Virus record (IMG/VR): IMGVR_UViG_3300031718_000005
Span: 1 to 64,000 of that record
From: a virus
DNA: 64,000 bases
Reading direction: 5' to 3' (one strand)
Both the position numbers and the translations under genes were made by a program. How positions within the stretch are numbered: the stretch's first letter is position 1; each line of letters begins with the position of its first letter. Under the pieces are notes generated by a model. It ran no database searches and was not told the DNA's origin. It saw nothing but the letters and a program-made list of their open reading frames with translations. Below, piece by piece: positions 17,935 through 26,799 of this stretch.

Positions 17935-19263
17935 ATGGCACGCAGTACTTTCAAGGACATTGGATCGGTACTTCGGTACTACCTCCAAAAGAGGTTCGCT
18001 CTCACGGTAGCGGGAGCGGATCACGATTTCGATAACAATTCACCTTTCACCGCTTCTGACGCAGGAGATACGTTCTCCATACCGTTCATCGGCGTCGATT
18101 CAGACAACCGCATTGAAGTAGACCAAGCGGCTCTACTAGGCGCAAGACAGACGCAAAACTTTTACTTCCCGACGGCCGGAGGTCTGCTAACCCAGACCTT
18201 CTTCATCGCCACTCGCCCGATGACCATCACCAGCATCCGGGAACTGCACTCCACCGCTGAAACGGCAACCGGAACCGCAACGCTAGCGGTATTCAAGGAC
18301 ACGGGTACCGCAGCACCGGGAGGCGGCACAACCACAATGGTCGGCACCTTCAACCTGAAGGCGACTGCGAATACCGTGCAGGCCGCAACTCTGTTGGCTG
18401 TTGACGGAAGCGGCAACCAGAACACCGGGATTCAACTCGCCGCTGGCGACCGGCTTTCCATCGTGGTCGGAGGGACGGCAACGATCACTGCTTTAGCTGG
18501 AGTGACGCTCTGTGTTCAATCGGCACCCGGCTTCAAGGAAACGGACGCCGTTTATTTCGTTCAGGCGAATGGAAGCATTGCAACCAACCAGACGTTTTTC
18601 CTCGCAAACAATGATTACGTCATCACCGGCGTACAGGCGATATGGTCGGTCAAGGGAACCAGCCCGACGATTGACATCACCCAGGAATCCGGGACCACGG
18701 CATCGGGATCGGGCACGACAATCCTATCCGCCACCATTGCTGGATCTGGCACAGCCAACACCGTAAACGCAGGGGCACTGACGGCCACGGCTGCGAACCT
18801 CATCGTCCGCGCCGGGAATCGCTTGAGTCTGAAACTCGGTGGCACCAAGGGAGCATTGGCCGGGTTGGTCATTGTGGTTCAGATGGAAGCTATCGGTACA
18901 ATCAACTATGTCGGCCAAGTGGATCTTTGCTGGGCTAATACCACGGTCGCCACAGAAGGCTTCTTCATTGCTGACCGCCTGTACGAAGTAGTTGACGTCT
19001 CAGGTATTTGGGGCACGGCGTCGGGTGCTGCTGGCACGCTTGATCTCACCATCGACAAGGGGGTCGTGGTTCCAGGGGCAGGCGCAACGGTACTATCTGG
19101 AACGCTGGATATTTCAGGGACGGCGGCTACTGTCAATGTGGCCGGACTGTCAACCTCGCGCAGGGCAAGGTTACTCAATCAGGGTGATCTTCTAAGCGTG
19201 AAGATTGGCTCTCCTTCGGCCACCGCCAATGTTGCCGTTGCTGTCACCTTGATTCCGAAATAG
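17935..19263 (+). CDS. virion structural protein with three tandem ~110-aa repeats
   Basis: A 65-nt spacer with AAAGGAG lies upstream. Three similar segments start TQTFFIATRP / NQTFFLANND / TEGFFIADRL. Confidence 0.65.
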   Translation: MARSTFKDIGSVLRYYLQKRFALTVAGADHDFDNNSPFTASDAGDTFSIPFIGVDSDNRIEVDQAALLGARQTQNFYFPTAGGLLTQTFFIATRPMTITSIRELHSTAETATGTATLAVFKDTGTAAPGGGTTTMVGTFNLKATANTVQAATLLAVDGSGNQNTGIQLAAGDRLSIVVGGTATITALAGVTLCVQSAPGFKETDAVYFVQANGSIATNQTFFLANNDYVITGVQAIWSVKGTSPTIDITQESGTTASGSGTTILSATIAGSGTANTVNAGALTATAANLIVRAGNRLSLKLGGTKGALAGLVIVVQMEAIGTINYVGQVDLCWANTTVATEGFFIADRLYEVVDVSGIWGTASGAAGTLDLTIDKGVVVPGAGATVLSGTLDISGTAATVNVAGLSTSRRARLLNQGDLLSVKIGSPSATANVAVAVTLIPK

Positions 19264-21386
19264 TGTTATACGCAGGTATCAGCGAGGTTGAGGCATCGGC
19301 TTTCGGCGGGGCCGTTACCCGCCTAGAGCCTTACTCTGTCCCTCAGTCGAAGGCTCTCTACGCGCAGAACATTCAATTTCTGCGCGGAGAGGCCGAGACT
19401 CGCTACGGCCACACACCTAAATTCCAATTGGTGGACGGAGCTATCACTTCGCTCGCCAATTGGTTCTTTGTATTCGGCGGGACTCCTGTCTCGGTGATCG
19501 CTTACTATGCGCCTTCAGTCGGAGTCCGGGTGCTGAATCAACTCGGTCCAACGCTGAATACCATCATGACCGTTACGGGCGCGGCGGGAGCCATGCTGAT
19601 CCCGAATGCCGAAAGATTATACGTGGCCTTCTACGATTCAACTGGAAGGCTGGGAGCAGCGGGAGGACGGGTCTACGGTTGGGACCTTGGGGACGATCCG
19701 TTATTCGCGGCTCCTATTCAAAACGCGGTGACGGCGGTTGAAACCGGTCCTGGTTTCTGCACTGCTGGGGATCATCGCATCGGTTATCTGACAACGACTC
19801 GAAACGGCTACACTGGGACGCTTCAACCAGTGGATATTTCGGGAGTGTTCACCCCGTTGACCTTCAATGCCGCCGGGGACAGCACAATTCAAGTGACGAT
19901 CTCGGGAACTTTACCTTCCTACCTTATTGGTGGGCTGATTCAGATCGTCATGACCACGGCGTCGAATCCGAACCAGTATTTCGCGGTTCCGGGAGCTACA
20001 AGCCTACCGGCCAATCCGACTGTCATCAACGTTTCGATTTCCGATGACGATTTAGCGGCCACGGGAACAGACGTGACGGATCATCTGAGCATTCTCACCT
20101 CCAGCGTGGGTGGGGTTCCTCCGTTCTTTCCGTCCGCCATCTGGTCGTATTCTTCTCGGCTTTGCTATGCCGCTTTGACTGCCGATGGGTTCCCTGTAGT
20201 CTACATTTCCGATCCAAACGACTACCAGTTTTTAACTCTCGATCAGCATGCAGTTTCGGTCGAAGGCCAACAGCAAGTAGTGGCCGGTTTTAGTCTGCGT
20301 GGTGTGAATTATATGGCCTGTACTTCGGGCTTTTACGACAACGAAGACAACGGGAATGTCCCGGTAACTTGGACGCCACCCCAAAGGGTGGATGGGTCTA
20401 TCGGTATTTTATCGGCCACGTGTGTGTACGCTAATCCTTCGGCGGGCTATGCGCTGGTCGCTTCTGAGCGCGGCTTCTACCTATTCCAAGGTGGTCTGTT
20501 TCCTCCATTGCCTCTTTCCTGGTATGTCGATTCCGATTGGTCGCGGATCAACTGGATGGTGCCGACACAAGTACAGATTGCCGAGGACACCAATATTAAG
20601 GAGTTCATCGTCATCGCGCCGTTGACAACCACCGTGCTTGCGGTCACAGGATCGGGACCGTACACCGTTACGACCTCGAATAACCCGCATCTTTATCCCT
20701 CGGGCTTGGTGGTCAAGATCGACGGCGTGAGTGGCACTCCCGCGATCACGGTTACAGGAGACAAAACCTTCACCATTCCCGGAGGTGCGGGCGCTCCCAC
20801 GGTGGGTGGAATGATATATCCGCAGACAGCTTCGCACCGGATGAAATTCAATTACGCGGAGGGTGATACCCCAGAGACAATCGGGTACTCCATCGACTCC
20901 TTCACGTCCTACCGGGCAGCGGCGGTAGCGGTCATCCGTACGTTGTCTACCTTGTTGCCGGAGGTTTATTACGCTCCCGCCGCGAATGGTTTCTTGATCC
21001 GCAAAAACGACGGCTCAGAAGCGAATCCGTGGAGGGATTGTGATTTGGCCGGGAATCCAGCGGCGATCAACTGTTTGTATGAGACGGCATTGTTCCCCAA
21101 TCCCAAAGTAGCGGGAATGACGGTTCACGATTACCACGGAGCGCATCTTGATGTCAGTGGGTCGGGATTGCTGACTTTGTTGGCGAAGGGACTACGCGGA
21201 GGCATTGTGGTAACTCCGGTCGCTTCCCCTATCGCGCTCGAAGCGGCTCCTTCCAAGGAAACGCTCGTTCGCTGGTTTTTACGTAACGAACGCCAGTCAA
21301 TACGATTCGGAACCAACGCTATCGACCACCACTTTATTTTGAGTCTGGCGCGGATCTACTACACCGACGCCTTCGCGCAGCGCTGA
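19263..21386 (+). CDS. large virion/tail protein (putative)
   Basis: 707 aa with a GTG start. Contains one copy of the recurring beta domain (PYTVTTSNNPHLYPSGLVVKIDGVSGTP...TFTIPGGAG). Confidence 0.65.
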   Translation: MLYAGISEVEASAFGGAVTRLEPYSVPQSKALYAQNIQFLRGEAETRYGHTPKFQLVDGAITSLANWFFVFGGTPVSVIAYYAPSVGVRVLNQLGPTLNTIMTVTGAAGAMLIPNAERLYVAFYDSTGRLGAAGGRVYGWDLGDDPLFAAPIQNAVTAVETGPGFCTAGDHRIGYLTTTRNGYTGTLQPVDISGVFTPLTFNAAGDSTIQVTISGTLPSYLIGGLIQIVMTTASNPNQYFAVPGATSLPANPTVINVSISDDDLAATGTDVTDHLSILTSSVGGVPPFFPSAIWSYSSRLCYAALTADGFPVVYISDPNDYQFLTLDQHAVSVEGQQQVVAGFSLRGVNYMACTSGFYDNEDNGNVPVTWTPPQRVDGSIGILSATCVYANPSAGYALVASERGFYLFQGGLFPPLPLSWYVDSDWSRINWMVPTQVQIAEDTNIKEFIVIAPLTTTVLAVTGSGPYTVTTSNNPHLYPSGLVVKIDGVSGTPAITVTGDKTFTIPGGAGAPTVGGMIYPQTASHRMKFNYAEGDTPETIGYSIDSFTSYRAAAVAVIRTLSTLLPEVYYAPAANGFLIRKNDGSEANPWRDCDLAGNPAAINCLYETALFPNPKVAGMTVHDYHGAHLDVSGSGLLTLLAKGLRGGIVVTPVASPIALEAAPSKETLVRWFLRNERQSIRFGTNAIDHHFILSLARIYYTDAFAQR

Positions 21387-21389
21387 TGA

Positions 21390-22205
21390 ATGCCCACTAC
21401 CCCGCTATCGAAACTAACCGTTCCCCGGTTGAACGCCATCGGCAACCTGATCGACGGTATCAGGTCCAAGGGGAAGCAGGTCAACGTCGCCATGTTCGCG
21501 GAGTTGACTGCGGAAGCTCTCAGGAGAATCGCCGACTTTCTGAATCAGTTGGTCAATTTCCTGAACTCGTTGCTTCGGGATATTCAGAACATCAGTACGA
21601 CGGGAAAACTTCCTCCCGTAGCAGTATTTGTGTTCGACATGACCAAGATTGGGTTAGTTCAGGGGGACTCAACCAACTTGGACATCGAGCGCGATCCGGT
21701 TCTGTTGACCTCATGGGAAGCAGTAGCAGAGGTAGCGAGCGCGGGAGCGGATATTCTCATCGACATCATCATTCGGGGCGGGAACTCGATCTTCGGGGCG
21801 GGAAACATTGTCATCACCAACGTGACAATCGCGGGAACAACAGTGACGGTCACTACTTCAGCCCCGATTACCCTACCGGCGGGAATCCAGATCTACATCA
21901 CTGGAGTCTTGGGAATGACCGGAATAAACGGGTTTCAGACCATTGCCACGGTATCGGGGCTAACCTTCACCTTCACGGCGACAGCCTCGGGTACTTACGC
22001 CGGTGGCGGGAAATTTGGCGGATCGGTAATCACCATTCCAGCGGGTTCGACGGCTTTGCAGATCGGAGCGAACTTCGCGCCCACCGTTCCTCTTTTGTTG
22101 GCCAAGGACACATTGCTACAGGGAATCGTGAAGCAGGTTGGAACCGACTTCCCAGGAAAACGAGTGCAAGTCAAACTGTACGGAATACCACCACCTACTA
22201 AATGA
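21390..22205 (+). CDS. virion protein with an FCCH-like beta domain
   Basis: 271 aa. GTTVTVTTSAPITLPAGIQIYITGVLGMTGINGFQTIATVSGLTFTFTATASGTYAGGG. Chosen over the same-size ORF 21386-22201. Confidence 0.65.
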   Translation: MPTTPLSKLTVPRLNAIGNLIDGIRSKGKQVNVAMFAELTAEALRRIADFLNQLVNFLNSLLRDIQNISTTGKLPPVAVFVFDMTKIGLVQGDSTNLDIERDPVLLTSWEAVAEVASAGADILIDIIIRGGNSIFGAGNIVITNVTIAGTTVTVTTSAPITLPAGIQIYITGVLGMTGINGFQTIATVSGLTFTFTATASGTYAGGGKFGGSVITIPAGSTALQIGANFAPTVPLLLAKDTLLQGIVKQVGTDFPGKRVQVKLYGIPPPTK

Positions 22206-23581
22206 TCGTCTTTCCCCCACTCATTCAGCACACGCAGTTCAACTGTACCGACGTACCTACGATGGCTAACGCGATCAAGGCTGGAGATTTGGCGGTGGGT
22301 TGGACAAGCACCGATACTTTCCAGACGGGGGTCATTACGTTTTTCGGCCAGCCGTTCGATGGCCAGACCATGACGATTAACGCCACAACGTTTACTTGGC
22401 GGAATACGGTTGTGTTCGCGACCGACATCGGAATCGGGGGAACAATCGCGATCACGGCCACTAATACGGCGGGTGTGTTGAACGCTAACTTGGCAACTCA
22501 GATCGTGGCGACCGCGACCGCGACCACGACGGTTATCCGAGCGATCAATGGCGGCTTCAATGCGAACTCAACTTTCAGCCAAAGCGGACTTCCGTTCGGA
22601 AATTTGAACTTCGCGTTCGCCACGGCCAGGGGCTATCGGTTGTTGAGTGTCGCAACTGGAGATGGGCTAAGAATGGCGACTTCGCTCTGGGATGGAAATA
22701 CGTTTGGCAGAGGCAACAAACTATATCTGACCGTGGAATCAACCGATGGTATTGTCAACAGCGATAACCCAGGAGTATTTTCGTTTGAACTGGACGTGTC
22801 TCCCGGACGGACATTGGAGATGCGAGCGCACGCTTATGGCTATATGACATGGCTGGCGAACAACTCCGGAACTCCTGGTTGTCAGTTCGGCTGTCTTACC
22901 CCGCACCTTCATGCCGGTCAAATACCAGTGGTCATCACTGGCATTTCGATTTCAGGCACGACGGTGACCGTGACCACTTCCACTCCGCTCGGACTCATCC
23001 CTGGCACGGATATTTTCATCTCCGAGGCCGATGGTACTACCGGTGTGAACGGATTCCACACGATCGCGACCATCAGCGGAACGACGTTTACCTTCACCGC
23101 CACGGCGTCGGGGAGCTATACCGGATCAGGAGCAAGGGTGGGAGGGACGAATACCCTCTCTCGATGTTTTATTGGGTGGGGCGACACAGATGGGAGTGGT
23201 TATCAGAACACCTTCCGTAATCAATTCGGGCTGTCTCATTACTTCGCATGCGCCAACCAATATTCCTTTGCGGCGGGAAGTTTCGGAAGCGGTGGAAATC
23301 GCGCCCAACTTTGCACGCTGCGCACGGACACGCCACAAGACTACTATTTCTGGGGGAACTTCTCAACATTGACCGAGCCGATGCTCGGTTGGCCGTCTAC
23401 GGCTTTAGGTTCGGTGTTCAATGTCATGGGCCAAGACTGGGGATCGTTCTGTGTTACTACCGATCAACCCCCACTCGATTCCGTTCGGTTGGCTTTCCAA
23501 GGACACGACTGGTTGAATTTTACGGCTCCTCCAGGTGGTTCGGGAAACCCGCACGGGACTTATTGGATTGCTCTAAACTAA
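22202..23581 (+). CDS. virion protein with an FCCH-like beta domain
   Basis: 459 aa. GTTVTVTTSTPLGLIPGTDIFISEADGTTGVNGFHTIATISGTTFTFTATASGSYTGSG, paralogous to the upstream gene. Confidence 0.65.
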   Translation: MIVFPPLIQHTQFNCTDVPTMANAIKAGDLAVGWTSTDTFQTGVITFFGQPFDGQTMTINATTFTWRNTVVFATDIGIGGTIAITATNTAGVLNANLATQIVATATATTTVIRAINGGFNANSTFSQSGLPFGNLNFAFATARGYRLLSVATGDGLRMATSLWDGNTFGRGNKLYLTVESTDGIVNSDNPGVFSFELDVSPGRTLEMRAHAYGYMTWLANNSGTPGCQFGCLTPHLHAGQIPVVITGISISGTTVTVTTSTPLGLIPGTDIFISEADGTTGVNGFHTIATISGTTFTFTATASGSYTGSGARVGGTNTLSRCFIGWGDTDGSGYQNTFRNQFGLSHYFACANQYSFAAGSFGSGGNRAQLCTLRTDTPQDYYFWGNFSTLTEPMLGWPSTALGSVFNVMGQDWGSFCVTTDQPPLDSVRLAFQGHDWLNFTAPPGGSGNPHGTYWIALN

Positions 23582-23582
23582 C

Positions 23583-23831
23583 ATGGCAGCCGATTCCCCA
23601 TTTGCTCTTGTAGTCCCGAATTGGGATTTTGCGCTCGAAAACCCGGCGCTGGAGGACACTCCGCCTTGGAGCACGATTCTATTCGATTACCCCGATGGGG
23701 TCGCGGCGGCGGCAATTCCTCAGTCCAGTTTTCTAGGGTATGTGAAAGTGGAACGTGACGCTATTCCACTAAATGCTTGCGAGTTCCCGGGGCCTCCGGT
23801 CGGAGCGGTGACGGTAAACGTAGCTTATTGA
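23583..23831 (+). CDS. hypothetical protein
   Basis: 82 aa, packed between structural genes. Confidence 0.5.
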   Translation: MAADSPFALVVPNWDFALENPALEDTPPWSTILFDYPDGVAAAAIPQSSFLGYVKVERDAIPLNACEFPGPPVGAVTVNVAY

Positions 23832-23844
23832 AGGAGACAACTTT

Positions 23845-24516
23845 ATGGGTCCAGTACAAGACAATTTAGCCATTCGTTCCCCCAGAATGAGAATGGGAGC
23901 GCAAATGCCTCCCCCTGGTATGCCTCCAACCGCTCAGGCGCAGACCGACACGCCGCAATTGCCACAGTCACAGGTCCGTGTTGGTGCCGACATGCCGGGG
24001 CCAGCGCAGCTTGCTCCCGATTCGCAGGGTGTGGCTCCTGTGGCTCCTGGTTCGGATATGCCGCCTCCGGTTAATGCTCCAGGCCCAGCGCAGATGGCTC
24101 CCCCTGGAGGAGATATGCCTACTGTTTCAACTGGGCCACAGTTAGGTTCTCCCGACACACCTGGACCGACTGGACCTGAACGGCCTGGTGGTGCTCAGTT
24201 AGCTCAACCTCCACAGGCTCCTACGCCTCCGATGGGGCAACCATCTCCTGCCCCAATGGGAGGGGGAATGGGAGCAAATGGCGGCGTGTCTGCCATGCGG
24301 TCACAGTTCCAAGGACAGAATCAACCGCCCCAACAACCTCAGGGCCGCGATTCATTCGTGCAACGCCCAGGAAGAAGCCCCGATGATTCGATGGGCAGTA
24401 ATCCGGGGCAAGGACAGCGTTCGGCCTGGGGCGGGGGTGGATTCAGGCCGCGCCGTCCATCCATGGGTCCTCCAGGCGGTGGACCGCCCAGTCAAGGGCA
24501 GATGAACACGCAGTAG
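23845..24516 (+). CDS. P/G/Q/M-rich low-complexity protein
   Basis: 223 aa. AAGGAGA lies upstream. Recurrent DMP(G/P)P and PGPAQ(L/M)AP motifs. Confidence 0.55.
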   Translation: MGPVQDNLAIRSPRMRMGAQMPPPGMPPTAQAQTDTPQLPQSQVRVGADMPGPAQLAPDSQGVAPVAPGSDMPPPVNAPGPAQMAPPGGDMPTVSTGPQLGSPDTPGPTGPERPGGAQLAQPPQAPTPPMGQPSPAPMGGGMGANGGVSAMRSQFQGQNQPPQQPQGRDSFVQRPGRSPDDSMGSNPGQGQRSAWGGGGFRPRRPSMGPPGGGPPSQGQMNTQ

Positions 24517-24526
24517 GAGGTTTCCG

Positions 24527-26314
24527 ATGGCTACTCAACCTTACCCTGCTTATCAACAACGCTACATCGACCCCAACAACCCGTTTGCCGATCCGGCGTT
24601 TGATCCGAATGCACCAGGAAACGCGCAGGGCGCTGCTCCAGATCCATCGGCTAATCCTATCTACGGCGCTCCGGGGGGAGCTTTGCCGACGCCCAATCCG
24701 GACCCGGAAGCCCCGATTCACAACATGTTCTATGACGATCAGGGGCGGCTGATCGCAGGGGCGAACCAGATCAACGCCGAAGCTCAGTCGCAGTTGGGAT
24801 ATTACGGCCCTCGCCAAGCGGCATATGGAGCCGCGACCGATACCGCACTCGCGAATCTCAACGCCACACCAGGGTTTAACCAGGACGAAGCATCTAAGAT
24901 CGGGATCGATTACGGCCAGTACCGAACCAGCGCCGATGACATGAACAAGCAGTTTCTCACGGGCGACGAACAATCAGCCATCAAGGGTGATCCCAACGAT
25001 CCACGCAACGTCATGAACGCAGGTACGGCTGCCGAAGGAGCGATGCTGAATCAGTATCAAGCCAACCAGGGAGCGCAGGTCGGCCAATTAGCGTCTAACG
25101 TCGGCGGGCAGATGAACCAGTATCAGTCTAACGTCGGCGATCAGATGGGCAAGTACGAATCCGGTGTCGGAACGGGTGTAAGCAACCTCGACACGATGTT
25201 GCAAGGCTCTCAGGACAAATTTGGGAAGCTGGATACGGCAGTGGGTAATCCGGGGTTAGCCTTCGATCCCAACGCCACCGAAAAGCAGATGACCGACGCC
25301 GATGTGCAGGCCATCAAGACGGCAGCGGGGGAACGAATCGGAAATCAATACCGCTCAGCGGAAGACACTTTGAATCGGCAAGCGGCGGCAGCTGGCAATA
25401 CATCTCCCTTAGCCATTGAAGCGGCAAGAGCGCGGTTAGAGAACCAGTCCGCAGCGGGACAAGGAAGCGCGGAGTATCAAGCCGACATAGCCGCTCGACA
25501 AGCTCAGTATGACCGTGCTGCGGGAATTGAAGGACAGCGCGAGGGAGCGGTTAAAACTCAGGTTGGATTCCAAGCTGGCGCAGCGACTCAGGAACAAGCC
25601 CAAGCCCAGGCGGCAGCGGGATTAGCGGGAACATCGGGAATCGCGGCGGCAGAGAACGTAGGCCAAGCGGATCTTTCGGCTGCGGAGAATGTGGGGGCGG
25701 CGGGGGTATCGGCGGCTGAGAACGTGGGACAGGCGGGAATTAACGCCGCGAACACCTACGGGCAGTTCTCAACACAAACGGCTTCTAATATGGCGAATCA
25801 GGGCTACGGTGCCGCGCAGACAGCAGAGCAGGAAGCGGCTGCCCGCGCCGCGATGCTCGGTGCAAATCGGCAGAACACCCAAGCGAACGTAAACAACGCG
25901 ACCTACACCCAGGGCATGAATACAGGCCAAGCCACGTCCGCAGGTCAGCAAACGCTTGGCGGGGCGCGTATGCAAGGTCAGGCGGCTTACCGGTCAGGTC
26001 TGGCTCAACAAGAGGGCATGGCGCAACAAGGCGGTCAGAACGCCATGCAGCAACAAGGGCAGACTCTTCAGACCACGACTTCAGGATTGAATCAGTCCAC
26101 AGCGAACCGGGCTAACTACGAGAATACGGGGCCAGGGGGATTAGGCAAAGCTGGCAGTCAAATCTTCGGGGCGGGAATGAAGTTACTGGGAGCAGACGAA
26201 GGCGGCGTCTTCACCGAGCCGACCTTGGCGATTGTCGGAGAAAAACGCCCGGAAATGGTAGTCAAGGTTCCGCAACGCTATGGGTACCGGAGTGACAACG
26301 GGAAGGCGGCCTAA
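24527..26314 (+). CDS. Q/A/G/N-rich internal/ejection or tape-measure-like protein
   Basis: 595 aa. Three 11-aa repeats of AAENVGxxxxx (25646-25744). C-terminal motif TLAIVGEKRPEMVVKVP. Confidence 0.6.
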   Translation: MATQPYPAYQQRYIDPNNPFADPAFDPNAPGNAQGAAPDPSANPIYGAPGGALPTPNPDPEAPIHNMFYDDQGRLIAGANQINAEAQSQLGYYGPRQAAYGAATDTALANLNATPGFNQDEASKIGIDYGQYRTSADDMNKQFLTGDEQSAIKGDPNDPRNVMNAGTAAEGAMLNQYQANQGAQVGQLASNVGGQMNQYQSNVGDQMGKYESGVGTGVSNLDTMLQGSQDKFGKLDTAVGNPGLAFDPNATEKQMTDADVQAIKTAAGERIGNQYRSAEDTLNRQAAAAGNTSPLAIEAARARLENQSAAGQGSAEYQADIAARQAQYDRAAGIEGQREGAVKTQVGFQAGAATQEQAQAQAAAGLAGTSGIAAAENVGQADLSAAENVGAAGVSAAENVGQAGINAANTYGQFSTQTASNMANQGYGAAQTAEQEAAARAAMLGANRQNTQANVNNATYTQGMNTGQATSAGQQTLGGARMQGQAAYRSGLAQQEGMAQQGGQNAMQQQGQTLQTTTSGLNQSTANRANYENTGPGGLGKAGSQIFGAGMKLLGADEGGVFTEPTLAIVGEKRPEMVVKVPQRYGYRSDNGKAA

Positions 26315-26316
26315 CG

Positions 26317-26796
26317 ATGGGCGGATTCTGGTCGAGTCTAGGGCAAGGTTTAGCGGACTACGGCAAGTCACGCTTGCAGAAGAGTCCGCTAGGCGGCCTG
26401 TATGACGCTTTCTCCGGCGGAGACCAAGGTTTCACCTCGGATCAAATGCCGATGGATACCCAAATGGCGACTGATCCTACGGTGCGCTCTACCGCTCGTA
26501 ATGCTGACCCCAACGCTGCGCTCTCGGATGCAATCTCTGGTGCCGAGCCGATGGCTGGAGGAAAACTTGTTACTTCACCAACGGTTGCGATGTTGGCAGA
26601 ACATGGTCAGCCGGAGGCCGTCATTCCCCTCGATTCAATGCCAGGCCAGAAGATGTCCGCAAGCATGATGGGCGGTCTTCCGGGCGGATTACCTGTCCGC
26701 AGTAGGTACCGCAGGCCCAGCGGCGCAAACGCGGCAAAACTGCAAGCTCCGATTCGATCAGATATCCCGCTCGGCGCAAATCGATTTTTCAGGTAG
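26317..26796 (+). CDS. hypothetical virion protein
   Basis: 159 aa. Motif PTVAMLAEHGQPEAVIPL is shared with the upstream gene. Confidence 0.55.
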   Translation: MGGFWSSLGQGLADYGKSRLQKSPLGGLYDAFSGGDQGFTSDQMPMDTQMATDPTVRSTARNADPNAALSDAISGAEPMAGGKLVTSPTVAMLAEHGQPEAVIPLDSMPGQKMSASMMGGLPGGLPVRSRYRRPSGANAAKLQAPIRSDIPLGANRFFR

Positions 26797-26799
26797 GCA

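Noticed and set aside
21386-22201. Choosing ORF 21386-22201 as the real gene instead of 21390-22205.
   Set aside because: The 21390 frame contains the beta domain shared with the downstream paralog. The 21386 frame is H/R/G/S-rich. It is reported only as a possible overprinted frame.
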